From Rebecca billardiae RCC1528 (Eukaryota; Protista; Haptophyta): a stretch of 64,000 nt of DNA. Positions 55,987 through 64,000 of this stretch are shown here, piece after piece. The position numbers and the translations under genes are program-made. Under the pieces are notes generated by a model. It worked only from the letters and a program-made list of their open reading frames with translations, was not told the DNA's origin and made no database searches. How positions within the stretch are numbered: the stretch's first letter is position 1; each line of letters starts with the position of its first letter. Location: assembly GCA_965240325.2 (NCBI GenBank), contig OZ251245.1:620001-684000 (forward strand), in the 5' to 3' direction.

Positions 55987-58798
55987 CTAGGCGAGGTACT
56001 TGTACGTGCGCCAGTCCTCCTTGTCGCGCTCGAGGAACTCGCGCTCGATGAGGCTCTCGATGCGCTTCTTGATCATGTTCGGGTCGGGCATGAAGCGGAC
56101 CTTGAGCTGCTGCGTCACCTCTGTGATCAGCAGGTTGTGCTCGAGCACCTTGCGCGATTTCATGATGCGCACGATCGCGGCCTCCACCTGCGGCTTGCGG
56201 TCCTCGTCCACCTTGTGCCGCGTCTCCGACTTCTCCGCGTCCGTCTCCTTCGTCGCCGCGACGGTGCCGACCTGCGCGCGCGGCGGCGGCGGGGGCGCGG
56301 GCGGCGGCGGCACGCTTTGTTGGCGGCGCGCGCGCGCGAGCGGCGCGGCCGCGCGAGCAGCGGCGCGCGCACCTTGAAGCGGATCTGCTTCGCGGTGAAC
56401 TTGTCGTTGAAGCTGAACGAGTCCGTGTCCGCGACGTCGCGCCCGCGCGGCTCCTGCCGGGGCGTGCGGGCGTGCGGGCGGGCGGCCGCGGGGAGCGCCG
56501 GGCGGGCGGGCGCGGTGAGCGCGCCGCAGGGCTCGACACAGACTCGGCCGCAGCGCCGCGCGCGGGGCTGCGCACCTTCGTGAGCAGCTTGAACTTGGCG
56601 CAGGCGAGCGACTGCAGCGCGCGCTTGAGCTCGATGGTCGGGATGTGCGTCGCGTTGGCCAGGTCCGCGTACGTGATCGTATCCCGGTCGTTGAAGAGCA
56701 GCAGCAGGCACATCTGGTACGTCGAAACATTCACCTCGTGCTTTCGGCTGCCAAACGTGGCGCGCAGGTCGGCGTTGCCCATGTTCGCGTGCCACTTGAG
56801 CGTGCGCCCCGAGTGCTTCGACTGGTAGAAGCGGCTGAACGTGTCCACACACCTCTGGATCTCGGGCGGGAAGATGCAGTTCGATGGCGGCTGCGTCGGC
56901 CAGTAGCCGGTCGTCAGCACCTGCACGCTTAGCTCGACGGTGCCGACGCGCCCGGAGCCGCCGCCGCCGCCGTCCGCGGCGCCGTCCGCGGCCGCCGCCT
57001 CCTCGGCGAGGTGCGCGCGGAAGCCCGCCATCGTGTCCGCCGACGTGCGCATGTCCGTGAACATGCCCTCGATCTTGGAGGTGAACTGGAAGCCGCACTC
57101 CGTCTTGAGCTTGGAGATCATCGAGCGCTCGGTGTCGTCAGAGGTGACGCGCCCCGAGAGCAGCCGCTTGGCGAGGTGCTGCTTGTAGTACTTCTCGAAG
57201 ACGTCCTTCTCCTGCAGGTAGCGGAAGAGCATGACGATCTTGTCGAGCGTCGACTCCACCTCGTCCTCGCTCGACCCCTTCATGTCTCGCCGCAGCAGGT
57301 TGTCCACGTACAGCGAGAGGTACTCGGGAGATCGCGAGCTCAGGTTGAGGAACGACTCGAACGCGCGGTTGAGCGTGTTATGGAACAGCTTGTCAGACGC
57401 GAAGCAGTCGTCGACGATGCGGTCGTACCGGTCCTTCAGCTTGAGCAGGTCGTCGACGAACGAGATCGGGTCGCGCTGCGCCTCGCCCGCGCTCTCGTCG
57501 CCCACCGAGTCGACGATCGACTTGCCCTGCTCGCGCACGTGCGTCGAGAGCAGGTCTCTGATCACGTGCAGCCCCGACGTGGGCGTCTGCACGCGCTTGA
57601 AGAGGGCGTACGTGCGCGAGAGGTCGCCGCGCCGGTCGTCGTCGAGCATCACGACGAGCCCCGAGCGCTCCATGTCCACAAGCGCCTTCATGTGCCGCGC
57701 GATCAGCTCGCGCTCCGCCACCTCGCGCAGCTTGGGCTCGGTGGACGAGTCGAGGTACTGCTGCACGCGCTCGTCCTCCTCCGCCAGCCTGCGCTCCGCG
57801 CGCTTCATGTAGTCGGAGGCGGAGTTCTGCGCGATGGTCTCGCCCGACTCGTGCTGGTAGAACACCGCCGTCGCGTCGAGGAACGGCCGCTCGAAGTCGC
57901 GCGAGTACACCTCCTTCCCCAGGTCGACGAGCATCGCGACGACCATCTTGACGAGTCGCCTGTTGATCATCTCGCCGTCGCGTTCCTTGCGCACGAGCTC
58001 GAGCAGCTGGCTGAGCAGCCGCTCCTTGATGCGCGGCGCGCGCACGACGTCGTCGCGGAAGAGCGAGAGGCCGAGCTCGTACACCGGCACCTTCTTGTGC
58101 TGCGCGACGAACGTGCGGTCCTGCGCGCGCGCGACAGGCACACCGCGCAGCGCGTGGGCCGTGGCCGCGCACTCAGTCCGCCGCGGCCGCGGCCGCGCGC
58201 GCCGCTGCCTGCGCGCGCGGCTCGTGCGCGCGGTGCGCCAGGCCACCCGCGCACGCGCGCACGCGCGCATGTGCGCGCGCCCGCGCACCATGTACATCAG
58301 GATGTCGCGGATCATGATCATCGAGAGCTTGTGGTCCGACCACTTCCTGTTGAGAGTCTCGAGGAACTCCTGGTCGTTGGCAGCCTCGACGTCGGCGGCC
58401 ATGCGCTGCAGGTGCTCGCGGACGGTCGCCGTGAGGCCGTCGTAGAGCTTGTCGCCGTGCTTGTGCAGCACCATGTTGTACGCATTCCTGCGCTCGCGCG
58501 CGGCGCGGCGTACCAACCGCGGCCGTCGCGACGCGGATCGGTGAGCGATCGTGCCGCGCGAGCGCCGCGTGCGTGCGCTCGCGCTGGCTCGGCCGACGGC
58601 GGGCGAGCGCGGTCATCAGTGCGGAGCAGGGCGCATGGCGCACCTGTACAGCTCCTCGAACGACAGGCCGCTCGCGTTGTGCGCGAATATCTCGTAGATG
58701 GCGTCGCGCAGCGTCTTCCACGTCTTCTGCACGTACTCCTCGTCCATCGGCGCATGCTGCTTGAAGGGCTGGATCACGAACTTTTTGCTAGGCGGCAT
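55987..58798 (-). CDS. CUL3: Cullin-3 (5 exons)
   Basis: [82 protein letters not shown] (neddylation site), [14 protein letters not shown]. Confidence 0.96.
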
Positions 58799-59027
58799 GG
58801 CTGCAGCGTGAGCGTCGGCGCGGCCTCGCGCTCTCCACCCTGTGCGCACACGCGCGGCTCGGCCGGGGCGCCTCCGACTCGACGCGGCGGTGTGGGGCGG
58901 CCGCGCGGTCGCCCGCCCAAACGCGATGGAAGCTCTGCCGCTGCTGGCCAGTGCACGCTGGGTCGCTGGCTCTCGCTGGCCAGGGAGGAGTTAGGCAGGA
59001 GGGGAGTCGCTGGCGCGTTGAGCTGTA

Positions 59028-60951
59028 CAGGTCGCTGCTTCAACTTTCGGACCCGATTGCTGTTCACTTTTTGTGCACGATGGCGGCGGCGCCCCCGGGG
59101 GTCTGCGGCGCTCGAGATCGCGTCTGGCGGCACCCCCAGGGTGTGCCTGAGGTACAACCCAGCGGGTATGTACCATTTAGACGACTTTGTTCCACTACCA
59201 TGTGCCCCACGGACGCCACGAGGTCCACGACGGGGCCGCCGACGGCATGCTTCAACTTTCAGACCCGCGGGCTCTCAGCGCGCGCGCCGAGTCAGAGCCG
59301 CTGTCTGGTGAGCCGTGTGAGTCGGGCTAACGGCATCATGCACTCTAGATACCACATACATGCAGCAGACCACCTCAGGGATTCACTAGGCTTCCGCGCC
59401 ACCGCCAGCCGGCGCTGCGGCTGCGCGGCCAGCACGGTCGACGACGACAGCTCATACTGACGCGGCGGTGCCCGGCGCGGCCGGCGCCGGCGCCGATTGC
59501 TTGCGAGCTTCCGAGCACTCGGCCTTCTTGCACAGCCACCCTCGGAGATCGATCTTCTGGCACGTCGGGCAGCGTCTCGCCTTCGCCATCGGGCAGGGCG
59601 ACACGCCGCACGAGCAGGTCTGGTGACAGCGGTCGAAGCTCGCCGCGAGCTCAGCAGCAGCTGCCTCCGCCTCCGCCTTCTTCCGCGCACGCTCGGATGC
59701 GGCCGCCGCCTTGCGCGCCGCCTCGGCCTCCTTCTGCGCGGTCTGCGCGGCCTTCTGCGTGTTGATCTCACGCAACGACCACGAGCCGTTTTGGCTGTCG
59801 AGCCGCGTGTTGTCCGGCTTCGGCGCGGCGAGCTCCACGGCGGGCACTGGAAGGACACCGAGCTGGTCTGCGAGCTCACCCGGGTCGAACCTCACCGCCT
59901 TGCGCACCGCGGCGAGCTCGGCGTCGTGCTCATCACGCTCGCGCACGAGCTTGGCGGCCTGGCGGCCGGAGTACTCCTTGGCGAGCTCGAGCTTGGCGCG
60001 GAGGGCTGGAGCAGTGTTCGAGCGCATCCCCGCAGGCGTGGCTGTGAACGCACTAAACGTAGGTGATGCGTGCGCGCCAGAGGGCTCGCCGTCGTCGGCC
60101 GAGCGCGCAGCCCCGCGCTCCGGAGTGCTTGGCGCCGCTGCCGGCGCCGCCGCCGCGAGCGACGCGGCATCGGCCTCCTCCTCTTGCCGCCTGCGCTCCG
60201 CCTTCGCCTGTGCGGCATCGAGACGATCCACGAAGTCCTTCCTGTTGATCTGGTCCGGGTCCAACACGTTGCCCGTGATGCCCACCTTGCGCCACGCGTT
60301 GATGATGTCAAAGGTGTCACACCACGAGAACCACGCACCCGGCGTGGACAGCTCCTCACAGCCGCCGAGGATCTGGAGGAACTCGCGGAGGCCGATCGTG
60401 GGCTCCTTGCCGTAGCTCGCCGTGTACGCGTGCTTGAAAGACGCCAGGCCCTTCTGGTATTGCGAGTGGAACTTGTGGTTGTACTGATCGAGAGCCTTCA
60501 CGGTGCGTGCGGCCGCGCGAGGGCGGAGAGGTGATTGTGCGCGCGTCGCGCGCGCGCGCCGGGCCGATTGCACGCCAGGTACACCCGGGGCACGCGCGCG
60601 CGCCGGAGAGGCGCTGCAGCCGTCCGCGCGCACGGGCGCCTACCTGTAGGAAGTGCGACGTGTTCGGCTCCTCGGTGAAGATGCGGATGCCGAACTCGGA
60701 CTCAGCAGTGCCGAGGGCTGCGAGCACGTCCTCCGTGTACCGCGACGAGTGGTTGTCGAGCAACAGCACGATCGGGAAGGCGATGGGCTCCAGCCCCGCA
60801 GCCACCAGAGCTGCGTTGAGGTCACCAGACGCGCCGACAGGCCGCCTAGCCCTGCCGCGCGGCGCCCGCCACACAGCAGCCGCTGCGCGAGGTGCGTCGC
60901 CATCGCCGGGTCTGAAAGACGAAGCAGTCCGAAAAACGAAGCAGCGACCTG
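59028..60951 (-). mobile_element. Internally deleted pogo-like (Tc1/mariner superfamily) DNA transposon, TA TSD
   Basis: TIRs CAGGTCGCTGCTTC..TTTCGGAC at both ends, TA at 59026-59027 and 60952-60953. An inner repeat TGCTTC..TTTCAGACCCG occurs at about 59248 and 60906-60926. Carries a DDE_1 fragment. Confidence 0.9.
59452..60830 (-). pseudogene. 5'-truncated DDE_1 (pogo/CENP-B type) transposase with intron 60643-60496 and C-terminal 8-Cys domain
   Basis: PIVLLLDNHSSR...EEPNTSHFLQ/ALDQ...IINAWRKVGI. C-terminal CHQTCSCGVSPC..CPTC..CKKAEC. The HTH and the first catalytic Asp are missing. Confidence 0.85.
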
Positions 60952-61778
60952 TAATGTACACAGTTGTACATTGCACATGTAGCGTATTCTACAAGGACCT
61001 TTGCAACTTAGTTCTCGCGTGAACCTGTGTGATGAACCGAACGTCCGGACTGCCCAGTCCCGGGCGACTGGTAAGTGGCAGCGAGCGAGCGCGCATGTCT
61101 TCACAGTTCACACCGTTGTGCACCCTCCCGCCATCTTGCACGCCCGCGGACACTGAGTGCGAGACAAGTATGCATCAAGGATCGCCGGATGGCGATCATG
61201 GATCCCAGGCGCCGTACAAGTATGCCGATACGCGTAGCCGCGTTAATGGCGGCAGCAGGCGAACGAGTCTAGCCGCTCAAATTCGCAGTGGCTGGCTCCG
61301 GCCGGCCGCCGGCGCCACTCGACGCAAGCGCGGGCCTCACATCGATGCCTGAGTAGGCCCATCCGTCAGAGCTCACAGTGTAAGTACTGGCATGGATTGT
61401 CGTCTGCCGATCACAGTTCTGACAGCATTGCGCGAGGGGCAGCCACCATGGCGATTCATGGAAAACCACCGGCACCGGCGCCGCCGCAGGCTAATTGCGG
61501 CCTGGGGCGGGGGCGACGTGACGCAAGGCGCGTGTCGTCGTCGCGCGCAGGGTTCCAAGCGCGGCACGCACTCTCGGGCGACGCGCAAAAGTACACACGT
61601 CCGTAATCGTCCGTACAACTTGCGTGACTCTTACGTGCTTAGTAGCACGTGAAGTCCGCGGGCCACGGGCAAGGCGGTCGCCATCTTGGCTCGGGTGGCA
61701 GCGCTCGGGCAGCCCTCCCCGGTGCCTCCGGCTCACCGCTGCGCGCCGCTGCTTTTGAGCCAAGCGGCAAGAGCTACG

Positions 61779-62456
61779 ATGGTGCCGCACCCGCGGGTAG
61801 CTTCTTGGTTGCTGTGGCTTTGGCTGCTCGGTGGAGCACAGCACGATCTCCTCTCTGCCGCGGAGCACACGGAGGCGCAGCCTACGCAACCGACGATGAA
61901 CACCACCAGCCCTGATATTGGCAACTCCTCCGCCGATCTCTCCCTGGACGTGGTGCGCGATCCAAACGACGATACCAATAGTACAGCAAGCCCAATCGTG
62001 CAGCACGCCCTTGACGGCATCCATCCTATGCACGGCCCGCGGGGCACCGAGTCGCGCTGCTCGGTCCCTGAGCCCACACTTGCCCAGTGCACGATGGTTA
62101 CGTACCCGAGCTCGGCGCCCAACGCATCGGATGCGGATGCGCTCGCACAGTCCTTTGTGGCCTCACTTCGGCAGGTGCTCAGCACGTACACATGTGAGCA
62201 GCAAGGTGGCCTGTGGAGCTGCGATGACTGCATCGATGCGTACGCGCGCTGGGCATGCGGCTATGCCTTCCCGCCGTGCGACCCGGCCGAGCGCTGTCAT
62301 CGAGCCTGCCATGACGTGATGCGCAAGTGCCCACAAGGGATCAACTTTGCGTGCCCGACCCAGTTCATACCGCCACGGTCCCGGTGGGCACGGCCGCGCA
62401 CGGCCGACGCCGACACCGACACCGACGTGTGCTCGCATCTCATGCGCGCCCGATGA
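61779..62456 (+). CDS. Secreted Cys-rich protein with Mid1/NALF(FAM155)-like domain
   Basis: Signal peptide. Cys pattern C..VTY..D..A..F..L..YTC..WSCDDCIDAYARWAC..FPPC..C..C.DV.RKCP..F.CP. Confidence 0.7.
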   Translation: MVPHPRVASWLLWLWLLGGAQHDLLSAAEHTEAQPTQPTMNTTSPDIGNSSADLSLDVVRDPNDDTNSTASPIVQHALDGIHPMHGPRGTESRCSVPEPTLAQCTMVTYPSSAPNASDADALAQSFVASLRQVLSTYTCEQQGGLWSCDDCIDAYARWACGYAFPPCDPAERCHRACHDVMRKCPQGINFACPTQFIPPRSRWARPRTADADTDTDVCSHLMRAR

Positions 62457-63272
62457 GCAGCATGGCTCCGTGGCGCGCGGAGCGACTAACCGCCACGGAG
62501 CAGGCACCGCCGGGTCGGGGTTCCGCACCTGAACTGCTCCGCAGGGAACGGCCGGCGGGCCCGGGCGCGGGATGTGATCGCGAGCAGCTGCCGGCCTCCT
62601 TGCGCTTCGTGGGCAAGCGCGCGCGATGTCTTTCCGCGGGAGTGCGCAGGGTGCAGCTGCGCAGCAAACGCATCGTGCTCGAGCAGCGCGCGAGGAGGCG
62701 GCACGGGTGCTTCGAGTCGCTGTGACTCTGCCACTGCCAGGGCGTGTACTCTCTACACCTCACCTGCCGAGCTGGCTACCCTGTCGGCTGTCTTCGCTTC
62801 GGCCAGCGATCGACGCGCGCGCACACGCGGTGTTGACGGCTCGATCCGCCCGTCTCGGTGCCGTTCGGCGCGTGCTGGAGGACGGGCAGGGCGAGCAGCT
62901 GCGCTGGCAGGAGAGCGGCTGTCGCTTCTGCTAGGGCGGCGCTACCTACGGGTGTCCAGCGCCGTGTATGTCCACTGGTACTCACGTCCCAGTCGCCGCA
63001 CATGCAGGCGGCCCTGATGTCGATCTCGACGGATGATGACCGGGATGAGGCTGCGCTGACTGTGAGTCCCTCCGCCGGGGAGTCCGACTCGTCAGCATCA
63101 GGCTCAGCCTCGTCCGCGCAAGTCGGCACTCGCGGCACGTCCGGCAGACGGGCAGTCCGCCGGTCCGAGACGGTCAGTGAGCTTGGCCCGGAGTCCGCCA
63201 TCATCGAGCGTCAGCGCGGCAGCGCCGCCTCATTAAATGATTATAATTTGTAATAATTAAATGAGTCGTCGC

Positions 63273-63315
<43 letters not shown>

Positions 63316-64000
63316 GTGGCGGGGTTATATTGGCGGTACGCAATTATAAACTGATTGTCTAAGACTAAGTGAGGACGACAAGAACGCCCCCGGGCGGCCC
63401 GAGGCGACGAGCGCCGCTCATCAGCCACATCGCCCTATATTTAATATATAATTATAACAGACGACTGACATATATCGGCCTCAGGCTCCGAAACCGCTCA
63501 AAGGGCGCTGATGCTCCCAGGACAAACTACAGTCGCGGTGCAGGCTATGCTCTGCCACCAACGCCGACTTCGTGTCGACGATCGGGCACTGCCGCCGACG
63601 AATCAGGAGACCCGCGTCGTCCTACCTGTGTCGTTAAATCATAGAATGAGTCTGTCCGGGTTTTTCTGCCGCCCAGGAGATCGGTTTCCGCCGCGCCGGC
63701 CTCGCCCTCTGCCGCCTGCTTGGCGCCCGAGCGGCGCGGCGTGCGAGGTGGCTCCAGCCAAGCTCGTCCTGCGTCGCCGGCGGCGGCGGCTCGCACGCGG
63801 GTGGCGCGTCGCGTGCACCGACCAACATCGCGCCCGTATATATATGATATGATATATATATGACTTCGTCGTCGCGCCTGCAATTATATATATATATATA
63901 TATAATTTATTTATTTAATAATAAGATCGACTGTAGTTTATTTATAGCTACACGCACCCACTACTGCTACGGTCCGCGCGACTCAGGAGAACGGACTCGG

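Noticed and set aside
62440-63204. Possible spliced minus-strand gene (MMADSGPSS...)
   Set aside because: Plausible GTGAG donors exist, but the product is low-complexity with no recognisable domain, so support is insufficient.

Overview
Gene-dense, very GC-rich eukaryotic nuclear DNA with short spliceosomal introns. It is most likely from a flagellated alga with a complex plastid. The evidence is bipartite signal+transit presequences on ArgB and on a cyanobacterial-type DUF3172 protein, plus flagellar PF6/SPAG17 and MORN genes. A haptophyte (e.g. Pavlovales-like) is my inference, not established. About 20 genes are recognisable: a hemerythrin-like protein, an FHA protein, RPS6, an O-fucosyltransferase, a DUF4062-NACHT STAND protein, an LtrA-like protein, TAF10, a MORN protein, DUF3172, an RTX-repeat membrane protein, alpha-tubulin, SPAG17/PF6, ArgB, a Rieske protein, an SDR, a WD40 protein, cullin-3 and a Mid1/NALF-like Cys-rich protein. 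There is also a frameshifted CDKAL1 fragment. Several DNA transposons sit between the genes. The most striking are two non-autonomous elements (6402-9411 and 54549-55605) with very long, near-perfect terminal inverted repeats. They share a GAGnnCACTC...CGAAAWCGTGC terminus and each is flanked by an exact 5-bp target duplication (GGACA, GGTCC), a combination I cannot assign to a familiar superfamily. Also present are an internally deleted, intron-containing pogo-like element (TA TSD, D39D spacing), a CACAGT-ended element within a nested repeat cluster, a ~740-bp tandem duplication, and a consistent micro-duplication mode of decay in non-genic DNA. All calls were made by eye; no searches were run.
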